IMG/VR virus record: IMGVR_UViG_3300045988_070681
Length of the DNA: 35,311 nt
Direction: 5' to 3' (one strand)
Origin: a virus
Position numbers and translations under genes: made by a program. Under the pieces are notes generated by a model. That model was not told the origin of the DNA and made no database searches. It saw only the letters and a program-made list of their open reading frames with translations. The number at the start of each line of letters is the position of its first letter. The first letter of the stretch is position 1. Shown here in pieces: positions 1 through 7,357 of the stretch.

Positions 1-29
1 AAGTGTAAAAGATACAAATTTTAATCATT
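1..29. repeat. Terminal direct repeat; bases 1-29 are identical to 35283-35311 (contig closure of a circular or terminally redundant genome)
   Basis: Read directly: aagtgtaaaagatacaaattttaatcatt at both ends. Implies a unit length of 35,282 bp. Confidence 0.95.
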
Positions 30-118
30 TACAAGCAAAAACGCCAACTCGTTATGAATCAGCGTTTTAAGTTTTTAAGTGTAAAAGATGGAAGGGCATT
101 TATAAAAGATGAAAAGCA

Positions 119-697
119 TTATTTGCCGAAATCGGCTGAAAAATTCACGTGAATTGTAGATTTCGGGTTTTTATTCGAAACTGTGATTTTTTGGACCGGT
201 TTCCCGATTTTGAAGAATAAAAACTTTTTTTGCTTCACCGATCCGATCACGTCCAGCGTATCAACGCTATTAAATTCTATTTTAGTTGTGCCCGGTCCGG
301 CGGTTATTTCTATATTGTTCCATCCGTCATTGTACTTTGCCGTCCTGACGTCCCCGACGTGTACCGTCTTAATAACTGTGTCGACCTTCGTTACCACTTC
401 GGTACGGGTCGAGTTCTTTAGCTCCCTAATCTTTATCCCCGCCTCGCGTACCTTATTATATAGGTCAGCGTTGTATAATTCCAGCTCGCCCTTCTCCAAT
501 TTCAATTGCCTAGCTTGTTCCGCATAATCACCCGCCGTGGTCCTGAATGCTACAGCCTTGGCGTTAAGCGCGGTAATGTTGTTTTCCTTCCTTTCTAGCT
601 CTTTTCTCTGTTTTTGTACTGTCTTGTATGATGCATATAATAAAATGGCTAGAAGGACAAGCAAACACAATAATATCTTATCTAATGTTATTTTCAT
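119..697 (-). CDS. Membrane-anchored coiled-coil protein; possible spanin-like lysis accessory protein
   Basis: ATG at 697 overlaps the endolysin stop (ATGA). N-terminal hydrophobic helix LLCLLVLLAILLY is followed by a charged heptad-like stretch. Last gene of the lysis cassette. The function is inferred from position only. Confidence 0.55.
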   Translation of the reverse strand: MKITLDKILLCLLVLLAILLYASYKTVQKQRKELERKENNITALNAKAVAFRTTAGDYAEQARQLKLEKGELELYNADLYNKVREAGIKIRELKNSTRTEVVTKVDTVIKTVHVGDVRTAKYNDGWNNIEITAGPGTTKIEFNSVDTLDVIGSVKQKKFLFFKIGKPVQKITVSNKNPKSTIHVNFSADFGK

Positions 698-1092
698 AGG
701 TGAAGTATTTGGCGTTTCACATTGTCCTTATCGTATGAGATATGCACCCATGAAAAATGCTTCTCGTCGATAAGCTGGCAATAGGGCAAATTGAGTTTTT
801 GCGCCAGTTCAAAGAGTTTCTTATTCTCTTGTTTGCTGCCTCCTGTTATGTCCGCCGCTTGCCCCTTCATGTGCTGGGACGTTTTAGACCCTTTCACCGC
901 CGCGTTTAGGGCGGGCGACCTGTACCCGCTTGTAACGGCGATTGGTTTGCCGTAGGCGTTCCGTAACGGGTCTAGTACATTATTGATTAACTGTTTCAGA
1001 TTCTCCAATACTTCCGGCGTCGGGTCGTTGTTGATCTTCTTCGCCTTCGCCGTTGTTGATGCGGTTAGTTCTTGAATTGTGAAGTTTGCCAT
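694..1092 (-). CDS. Endolysin, zinc peptidase M15 (D-Ala-D-Ala carboxypeptidase / L-Ala-D-Glu peptidase-like)
   Basis: Motifs SGYRSPALN, SQHMKGQAADI (H..G.A.D) and a C-terminal WVHISY match the metal-ligand pattern of M15 phage lysins. Sits next to the holin. Confidence 0.85.
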   Translation of the reverse strand: MANFTIQELTASTTAKAKKINNDPTPEVLENLKQLINNVLDPLRNAYGKPIAVTSGYRSPALNAAVKGSKTSQHMKGQAADITGGSKQENKKLFELAQKLNLPYCQLIDEKHFSWVHISYDKDNVKRQILHL

Positions 1093-1510
1093 TTTTCAAG
1101 TGTTTTATGAAGTCTAAATACTTCGTATTAATAATTATATCCAGTACCGTAATAAACTCGTTATCCGGTTGGATCTGCTTAAAATTACGGATAATGTTTT
1201 TCGAGTACACAAGCGCGAAGAGGGTTGTCAACAACCGCAATAAGTCCGTATGATTCCCGTGCGGTTCGATAAGGCGCGCGCCTGCTGCCGTAAATAATAT
1301 AACTGTGGCGGCTATCGCGTACTCAAAAAACGCGTGAAACGCCTTTTTGTGGCTGTACTTTTCGCCTGCCCTTAAACCTGCAATAAGCCCTACTATAAAA
1401 TTCAACGTGCCAAATAATACTATCAAGACGAAGAACGTCTTTACATCATTGGTAACTGTTAGCAGGAACGCGATCAACGCTGCGCGTGCCGTATCAAATA
1501 CTCCATCCAT
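980..1510 (-). CDS. Holin-like membrane protein (phage holin family 4-like)
   Basis: Three to four hydrophobic helices, with IVGLIAGLRAGEKYSHKKAFHAF resembling the holin_4 core. The ATG at 1510 forms a TAATG overlap with the upstream stop; the track ORF extends to 1552. The 3' end overlaps the endolysin start by 113 nt in another frame. Confidence 0.65.
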   Translation of the reverse strand: MDGVFDTARAALIAFLLTVTNDVKTFFVLIVLFGTLNFIVGLIAGLRAGEKYSHKKAFHAFFEYAIAATVILFTAAGARLIEPHGNHTDLLRLLTTLFALVYSKNIIRNFKQIQPDNEFITVLDIIINTKYLDFIKHLKNGKLHNSRTNRINNGEGEEDQQRPDAGSIGESETVNQ

Positions 1511-1947
1511 TACTTTATCAAACATATCCGTGATTGTACCCGTTGCTTGCAATCGTCCTTAATCAGCTTGGCGGCTTTAAACGCCTTGATTAAAGGTACT
1601 ATAAATAAATCAGCTTTCCCGCGCTCCGCCTCAAACCGTTTTGCCTTGGTATTGTCGGCTAGTACGTAGCTCCCGTTATAGTTTTGTATTTTTAAGCCGC
1701 TCGCCGTGCTCTGCTGCTCGCTTGTCTGCAAGTAGCGTGCGAAGGCGTAGTAGCACAATACTTTTTTCGCTCCTGTGATCGTAGACGTGTCCTCTAGGTA
1801 CTCGGCGGGTATCTCTTCAAACACGCGCTGTAACTGCGGGGACATATCCAGCATGTCAGCCTCATAGAAGGCTTTTTGCAGGTCATCGTCTTTAACATCC
1901 TTTGCGATCGAAAACAGATCGCGTAATTGTTGAATAGGATATGCCAT
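1510..1947 (-). CDS. Hypothetical protein (145 aa) between portal and holin
   Basis: Long ORF with ATG start, tightly packed against its neighbours. No motif recognised. Confidence 0.6.
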   Translation of the reverse strand: MAYPIQQLRDLFSIAKDVKDDDLQKAFYEADMLDMSPQLQRVFEEIPAEYLEDTSTITGAKKVLCYYAFARYLQTSEQQSTASGLKIQNYNGSYVLADNTKAKRFEAERGKADLFIVPLIKAFKAAKLIKDDCKQRVQSRICLIK

Positions 1948-1948
1948 T

Positions 1949-3109
1949 TTAATCTATTGTTATTTGGTCGGCGGGCGTAGCCGGAACGGGTAACGCGTCG
2001 CCTTCCAAATCATTTTTAATCTTAGTTATTTTCGGGTCTAAATCGAATATATACGCCAGGTCACGGGAAACCTTGTCACGGACACGCGCCAATGAACGGC
2101 GGTAAACGCGTTGCATCTCCTTAACCACCTCGCCCGACGCGTTCGAAAAACTAATCAATGACGAATCAATAAGCGGGATCGGAATGGTAAAGCAGGAAAT
2201 GGCAATGTCTTTCCTCAACGGTTCGCAATACGACTTGTACAGGTCGGAATCGATAGGCGTTCCCACCTGGTCTATACGGATAAACGGTTTTTCGGATATT
2301 CCTACGTTCTCGTCCCGTACGGTAAGCACCGCACCAGTTCCCTCAACGCCCATCATTTCTTGAACGGCTTCGCGGAACTCGTTTTGCTCCTCGTCGCTTT
2401 GGAATTGCCCGTGCGATAAGACGCTACAAGCGTGGAATCCCCGCGCTAATACGTTCTCCACATACAAGGCGTTTCCGTGTTCCGCTCCCATTTCGGGCTG
2501 CACCGCGTGAAACGGGCTGATAGGGTACGGGCGGCGGTTTGAGAAGTTAGCGTAATACAATTGTCCCGGATGGTTTTCAATGCCTCCGTACTCTTCGCAC
2601 TCTTTCCAAAAATTTTTTGGATCGAAATTGGGATATACTACGCCTGTCTTACTGTTGGTATCCTTTAAATTCTCACGGTCCCAGTTATCGAACACGCGCC
2701 ATTTCCGCACGATAGAATCCCGCTTGTAGTCCTCGTTGAGAACGGCGCGAATGTATCCAAATGGCACAGGATAACAGTACAAAGGGCGACCATCGCCGCC
2801 GTATTGCACTATTAATCCGTAACCTCTGTATCTTGGTATCTCGTCCGCCACGAACTCTAAAACGTCGTTCATGTCCTGTCCGTGTTCGTTCGTCTTAGCT
2901 GCAAACTCTTCGTTAACGAATCCCTCGCAAATGATGTTTTCCTTCGCCTTGTCGCAACACGCCGTAGCCGTCTTGCTCGCGTCTATAAGGTTTGCGATCC
3001 GTTGGGGGTACAAATTATCTATGTCGTAACTAACTATGCCCTCGCTAGCGCGGGGCGTTAAATTCAACGCCTTCCGCACTAACAATTCTATTCTCTTTGC
3101 TGCTATCAT
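1949..3109 (-). CDS. Portal protein (HK97-family-like)
   Basis: 386 aa. SDEEQNEFREAVQEMMGVEGTGAVLTVRDE followed by LRKDIAISCFTIPIPLI resembles the conserved portal stretch (s.e....l...w....G..n.g..vl ... r..ia.af.iP..l). It is the only portal-sized acidic candidate. Confidence 0.6.
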   Translation of the reverse strand: MIAAKRIELLVRKALNLTPRASEGIVSYDIDNLYPQRIANLIDASKTATACCDKAKENIICEGFVNEEFAAKTNEHGQDMNDVLEFVADEIPRYRGYGLIVQYGGDGRPLYCYPVPFGYIRAVLNEDYKRDSIVRKWRVFDNWDRENLKDTNSKTGVVYPNFDPKNFWKECEEYGGIENHPGQLYYANFSNRRPYPISPFHAVQPEMGAEHGNALYVENVLARGFHACSVLSHGQFQSDEEQNEFREAVQEMMGVEGTGAVLTVRDENVGISEKPFIRIDQVGTPIDSDLYKSYCEPLRKDIAISCFTIPIPLIDSSLISFSNASGEVVKEMQRVYRRSLARVRDKVSRDLAYIFDLDPKITKIKNDLEGDALPVPATPADQITID

Positions 3110-3124
3110 ACCAATTTAGTTTTA

Positions 3125-3646
3125 TTATTCGAACTCCTTCAGACCTTCCTCGGCTGCTGCTGCTGCCTTATTTGCGGCGCGTGTGGCTGCTGCCTTCTTC
3201 GCTGCCTCGCTGCGTTTTGCCGCCGCTGCTGCCAGGGCTACCGCTTCCGGTTCAGCTTCCGGTTCTGGTTCTGGTTCAGCTTCCGGTTCTGGTTCTGGTT
3301 CTGCTTCCGGTTCTGGTTCTGCTACGTCGCCTTCATCTACTTCTGGGATAGTCACGGCTTCCGGCTGCAAGTCTATGAAATAGTCCTTGTAATCTTCGCT
3401 TGCTTCCATCAGCTCAATAGCTTTCTCATCGGACGTATTGAAAGCGCGGTACACTCTTCCGTCTTCGATAGAGTTGATGAATAGTCCCGGCTTCATCACG
3501 TAACGCGTGTGCTTTCCGGTTGCGTACTGTTCATCGTACCAGCGTTGCGCGAACAACCTGTCAGCCCCGCACGATATGTTCAGTTTCAAATGCGTCATTG
3601 TTTCGCAGAGCGAAACGATTTGCCCTATATCTGTAATTTTTTCCAT
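3125..3646 (-). CDS. Hypothetical protein with an acidic (E-P-E-P-E-A)n linker and an Ala/Lys-rich tail
   Basis: ORF with ATG at 3646. Globular N-terminal half, then the low-complexity repeat encoded by the 3243-3320 tandem repeat. Confidence 0.7.
   Translation of the reverse strand: MEKITDIGQIVSLCETMTHLKLNISCGADRLFAQRWYDEQYATGKHTRYVMKPGLFINSIEDGRVYRAFNTSDEKAIELMEASEDYKDYFIDLQPEAVTIPEVDEGDVAEPEPEAEPEPEPEAEPEPEPEAEPEAVALAAAAAKRSEAAKKAAATRAANKAAAAAEEGLKEFE
3243..3320. repeat. Imperfect tandem repeat (24-bp unit gcttccggttctggttctggttcW built from a 6-bp ggttcN sub-repeat)
   Basis: Read directly. Encodes EPEPEAEPEPEPEAEPEPEPEAEPEA on the minus strand. Confidence 0.9.
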
Positions 3647-3668
3647 CTTTTAATAAATTAAACTGTTT

Positions 3669-4211
3669 TTAAACTTTAGGTACCTTTAGACCGTCATAAG
3701 CGGCTTTAGCGAGGGCTACGAGTCTGTCACCCGTCGCGCCGTCCGGCGTTTTAAGCGTCACGGTTGAAATACCGCCAGTACTCGAATCAGTTGCAAGGTC
3801 TGACGCCTCTAAACCGCAAAACGCGCCAGCCAGGAGATACTCTCCTGGTTTTGTTTTTAGGGCTATCCTGTAATTTCCGCCTACCAGCTGGCTAACTACT
3901 TCGCGGTAACCTGCCAAATCGCCCGCCGATCTTAAAACCTTGATAATAACGCTTTGGTCTTCCCCAGGCGGTACAATGTCGTTAACCTTGATCGCGTCCT
4001 GGTACATGATGGAATTATTAACGGAGTTTATTACATACCCCTTCTTCCCTGCCTGCATCGTGATTGTTCCTACGCCTCCAGTCTCCGAAACCGTAGCGAT
4101 GTCGGACGAATTTATGATAACCGCCTCGTCTATTTCACCAGTTCCACCGATCGCCCCTAAATTAGCGCAATCGAAAAGTACATCAGACCCTATTTTTTTA
4201 ATACATGCCAT
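3669..4211 (-). CDS. Structural protein paralog C (180 aa); candidate major tail/tube-like protein
   Basis: Third of three tandem paralogs. Shares the N-terminal MACIKK start, Cys3 and Cys15, G(L/I)..SD.ATDSS.GG..T.TLKTP and similar length with 4225..4755 and 4759..5292. Confidence 0.7.
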   Translation of the reverse strand: MACIKKIGSDVLFDCANLGAIGGTGEIDEAVIINSSDIATVSETGGVGTITMQAGKKGYVINSVNNSIMYQDAIKVNDIVPPGEDQSVIIKVLRSAGDLAGYREVVSQLVGGNYRIALKTKPGEYLLAGAFCGLEASDLATDSSTGGISTVTLKTPDGATGDRLVALAKAAYDGLKVPKV

Positions 4212-4224
4212 AAATTTTCCTCCT

Positions 4225-4755
4225 TTATGCTACTATAGCCGTAGCTCTCAATGCGTTATATGCTGTTACGGTCATATTTACGCGGGACTCTCCAACCACG
4301 TTTTCCGAAGTGGAAAGGGTAATTGTAGTGTACGCCCCATTTGCGTTCAAGTCCTGTGTTATTGCTGTTGCAACTAAACCGTAATTGTACCCATAGACGC
4401 GGTTACTACCTGCCTCCTTAGGCTTCGCAATGGCTAAAAATGTGCCGTTCAATACGGCGTTTACAATAGCCGCACTAGTATCGCCCTTGTCGTATACTGT
4501 GAATACGACCGCCTGCTTTAAAGCTGTTGGCGCGTTGTCGTTCTGTTTCAGTTCTTCCGTAGCGTTTACGCCCTTCTTATTACTCTCAACTAATACGGGC
4601 TTTGCTGACTCCACTAACGTAATTGTAGCAACTTGCCCGGCTATCGACTTAGTAGCAATATCCGCGAGGTTTATAAGGAGCATTTCAGATATGCCTGTTG
4701 CACCTCCGTCGCAATCAACTAAGACCGCCTTATCTAATTTAGATAAACATCCCAT
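4225..4755 (-). CDS. Structural protein paralog B (176 aa)
   Basis: MGCLSKLDKAVLVDC start, LINLADIA, FTVYDKGD, GYNYGL and NANGAYTTITL all align with paralog A. Confidence 0.7.
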   Translation of the reverse strand: MGCLSKLDKAVLVDCDGGATGISEMLLINLADIATKSIAGQVATITLVESAKPVLVESNKKGVNATEELKQNDNAPTALKQAVVFTVYDKGDTSAAIVNAVLNGTFLAIAKPKEAGSNRVYGYNYGLVATAITQDLNANGAYTTITLSTSENVVGESRVNMTVTAYNALRATAIVA

Positions 4756-4758
4756 ATT

Positions 4759-5292
4759 TTAAGCTAGTTTTGCGGCTGTGATAACATCCCATGAAGCCGT
4801 TGTTATAGTCATTCCGTTTTCCCCTCTAGCGTCGTCCGGCGTTTTGATCGTAATGGTAGTAAAACCACCGTTAGCACTAGAATCCGTATCAGCTTGTGAA
4901 ACCTCAAGCCCGCACCTGTACCCCACCATTGCGGGTGTAGCGTTAATATCATTTATCTTTACCGCCGCCATGAAACGCCCGGACAATATCGCCGCTACGG
5001 TAATACGTGCGTTGCTGTCCTTACCATACACCGTGAATGTGATCGATTGGTCCAAACCTGCCGAAACATCCGATAGTTTAAGGGCTTCCGTCAACTTCGC
5101 GCCATTCTTGTAACATTCTACCGGAATAGTTTTCGCTCCGGGCTTCAATGTTACCCCCGATATGACATTAGAAGCGTCTACCGTTGACGCTGTTATGTCG
5201 TCGAAGTTGATAAGGTACATTTCGGCGATACCTACGCTGCCGGGTTGGCACGCGTAGGCAATTGCTTTATCCAATGTCTTAATACAAGCCAT
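4759..5292 (-). CDS. Structural protein paralog A (177 aa)
   Basis: Immediately downstream of the capsid gene. MACIKTLDKAIAYAC, LINFDDIT, FTVYGKDS, GYRCGL and SANGGFTTITIKTP are shared with B and C. Confidence 0.7.
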   Translation of the reverse strand: MACIKTLDKAIAYACQPGSVGIAEMYLINFDDITASTVDASNVISGVTLKPGAKTIPVECYKNGAKLTEALKLSDVSAGLDQSITFTVYGKDSNARITVAAILSGRFMAAVKINDINATPAMVGYRCGLEVSQADTDSSANGGFTTITIKTPDDARGENGMTITTASWDVITAAKLA

Positions 5293-5304
5293 CTATTTTT
5301 GTTT

Positions 5305-6261
5305 TTAAACGCCTTCTGCCAGGCACATTTTAGTAAATTCAGGAACTGCAAGCATTGCGTCTGCTGCAAATACAGTAGTACTGTAATATTTGCGGTCCTT
5401 CGCGTCTCTCATGAACGGCGCAATATCCAGTGTGGAATCTTCCAACGCCAATTGCATGTTACGTTTCGGACCGAAAACAATGAAGCTTTGAACTGTCAAT
5501 TCGTCCGCCTTCGCGCTGTTAGACACGTGGCGCAATTCATTCAGCTTGTAGCCTTCGAAGTAATAAGCGGGTTTGCCGTTCTCGAAATTGGCTTGTGCTA
5601 GATGGTTGTCTTTGTTTTCTACCAAGTCCTTGTAAGCGCGCATAATGTTGCTGGATACGAAGAACTCGCTCTCCTCCAACATGTCCGGGCGCTGGTTGTC
5701 AACACACCATTTCAGGCACTCCAAAACGTTCTGTGATGCGCCCGACGGAACAAGGGTTTTGATCTCCTGTGTGCTGTCCTTCATTTGTTTGATAATACCA
5801 CCGTTTTTGAAAACAGTGTAAACGCCCTCGGTATCAGATGTTTTCAGACCATCCAACCAAGTAAGACGCAACATGTCAGCTTCCAATACCTTGAGGATCT
5901 CGTTTTGCATGAATGCCGCCAATTGGGTTTGGTCGAAGTCAGCCGACAAATGTACGCCTTTCGCTACCATTTTGCCCCAAAGGTCTTGCAGGCATACCAC
6001 GATAGGAAGCTCAATTTGCGCATGATCGTAATATTTCACCTTATCGCTCATGGAGCTATAAGCATATTCGCTATCGCAACCGCTTGAACGTCTTACTGCC
6101 TTGTCTGCGGCGGTAAACGACACGATTGGGAAGCCCTTCTCGATCCCGGAAAGAACGGTTACGCCTCTCTCCAATTCGCCCTCTAGTCCCAGCGTTAATG
6201 TGATAACGTCCGAAAGGGTGCTGATATTCAACTTGTTTAAGTCGCTAAATGAAAATGCCAT
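5305..6261 (-). CDS. Major capsid protein (HK97-fold-like)
   Basis: 318 aa, directly downstream of the protease/scaffold gene. Size and position are typical. Assigned by synteny and general composition, not by a sharp motif. Confidence 0.7.
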   Translation of the reverse strand: MAFSFSDLNKLNISTLSDVITLTLGLEGELERGVTVLSGIEKGFPIVSFTAADKAVRRSSGCDSEYAYSSMSDKVKYYDHAQIELPIVVCLQDLWGKMVAKGVHLSADFDQTQLAAFMQNEILKVLEADMLRLTWLDGLKTSDTEGVYTVFKNGGIIKQMKDSTQEIKTLVPSGASQNVLECLKWCVDNQRPDMLEESEFFVSSNIMRAYKDLVENKDNHLAQANFENGKPAYYFEGYKLNELRHVSNSAKADELTVQSFIVFGPKRNMQLALEDSTLDIAPFMRDAKDRKYYSTTVFAADAMLAVPEFTKMCLAEGV

Positions 6262-6281
6262 AATTTTAATATTTTATCGGT

Positions 6282-7289
6282 TTAGTAATTGAATTTTTTG
6301 CGCATCGCTGCTGCTGCTGCCTGAACGGCTTCACGGCTCAACTTGCTTTCGCCTTTCTTCTCGGTCTTTACCTCGGTCTTTGACGCCGCGGGTGTTCCGG
6401 TACGTTTGCTTAGTTGAGTTTTGAGGCTTGAAACGGTTGCCTTTAGTTCGGTAACCTCTTTCCGGATCGCCGCCAGTTCTTCCGGTGTAGCGGTTTTCTT
6501 CTCGTCCTCCGGCTTTTCTTCTGTCTCTTCTTGCCCGCGCTCTTCGCGACCGGTTTCATCCTCAACTTCTTTCACATCGGAAATCTTTCCGGCAACGACT
6601 GATATAATCATGTCCTCGCCCTCTCCAATCGAAATATGGTAGTCACCATCTTCTACCGGGTTGCCCTCGGCGTCCTGTACCTCGTCACCTAGAGCCGCCT
6701 GCTCGCCTTGCGCGATGATAACAAGCTCTTTCCCCTCCTTGGTAGTGACGGTTTCCCTAGCTAGTTTAGTAGCCTTTACTAGCTTTGCCAAATTCGTCCA
6801 AAATTTACTCATTGATAAATTGTTTAAATTGTTATTAAATAAAGAACTAGTAGCCGCGGGTAGACCCACCAAATCGGCACTAAATAATTCACGAACTTCC
6901 ACTACGGTTGCCGTTCCTGTCTCGTCGTCCAGTTCCTTAACGTCAACCTGGTTGACTGATACGCCGATAAGATCCGGCTCCTTCTCGATCATGGCAACCA
7001 TAAAATTAAACTCGCTAGGGTACGCCGTTTCCAGTGCTTCCGACATAACCAGGTCAGCGTAAACGGCTGTCTCGTCGTGTTGGAAGTTGGTGAAATAACC
7101 TACGTAACCGTCTAGCAAGTCAGCGCCGTTGTGTGTACGGCGCGCATGGATCGGGCGGGAATTTCCAACCGCCACTAGCGAAGGGAAGGCACTTGCAGAG
7201 ATGGCTAATTTATAAGTCTTTCCCCCCTCTTCGTAGCTGTTGGCAGTTTCGCCCGCCTCTATAATACGTAATTTTTCAAATTTTTTCAT
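6282..7289 (-). CDS. Prohead protease (S78-like) fused to an acidic coiled-coil scaffold-like C-terminus
   Basis: THNGADLLDGYVGYFTNFQHDETAVYADL ... PDLIGVSVN resembles the His and Ser regions of the HK97-type prohead protease. The C-terminal EVEDETGREERGQEETEEKPEDEKK plus a coiled coil is scaffold-like. Confidence 0.55.
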   Translation of the reverse strand: MKKFEKLRIIEAGETANSYEEGGKTYKLAISASAFPSLVAVGNSRPIHARRTHNGADLLDGYVGYFTNFQHDETAVYADLVMSEALETAYPSEFNFMVAMIEKEPDLIGVSVNQVDVKELDDETGTATVVEVRELFSADLVGLPAATSSLFNNNLNNLSMSKFWTNLAKLVKATKLARETVTTKEGKELVIIAQGEQAALGDEVQDAEGNPVEDGDYHISIGEGEDMIISVVAGKISDVKEVEDETGREERGQEETEEKPEDEKKTATPEELAAIRKEVTELKATVSSLKTQLSKRTGTPAASKTEVKTEKKGESKLSREAVQAAAAAMRKKFNY

Positions 7290-7310
7290 TCTGCTACCTT
7301 ATTATCGTTA

Positions 7311-7318
7311 CAAAGATA
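7311..7318 (-). promoter_or_regulatory. Candidate Bacteroidota -7 promoter box TATCTTTG upstream of the protease/capsid genes
   Basis: Plus-strand caaagata is TATCTTTG on the minus strand, an exact TAnnTTTG match 22 nt upstream of ATG 7289. No good TTTG -33 element at the right spacing. Confidence 0.3.
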
Positions 7319-7334
7319 TATTATTATGCGGCAC

Positions 7335-7348
7335 GAAGCCGCGGCTTC
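7335..7348 (-). terminator. GC-rich perfect palindrome gaagccgcggcttc just downstream of the tape measure stop (hairpin; possible terminator or attenuator)
   Basis: Read directly; a 5-bp stem with a 4-nt loop is the minimum. It lies 10 nt after the stop at 7358. No clear U-tract follows. Confidence 0.3.
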
Positions 7349-7357
7349 ACCTACGAT

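Noticed and set aside
1511-1552. N-terminal 14-codon extension of the holin ORF (start at 1552)
   Set aside because: The ATG at 1510 makes a TAATG stop-start overlap with the upstream gene and sits just before the first hydrophobic helix. The extension would overlap the upstream gene by 43 nt. It is not excluded, only less likely.
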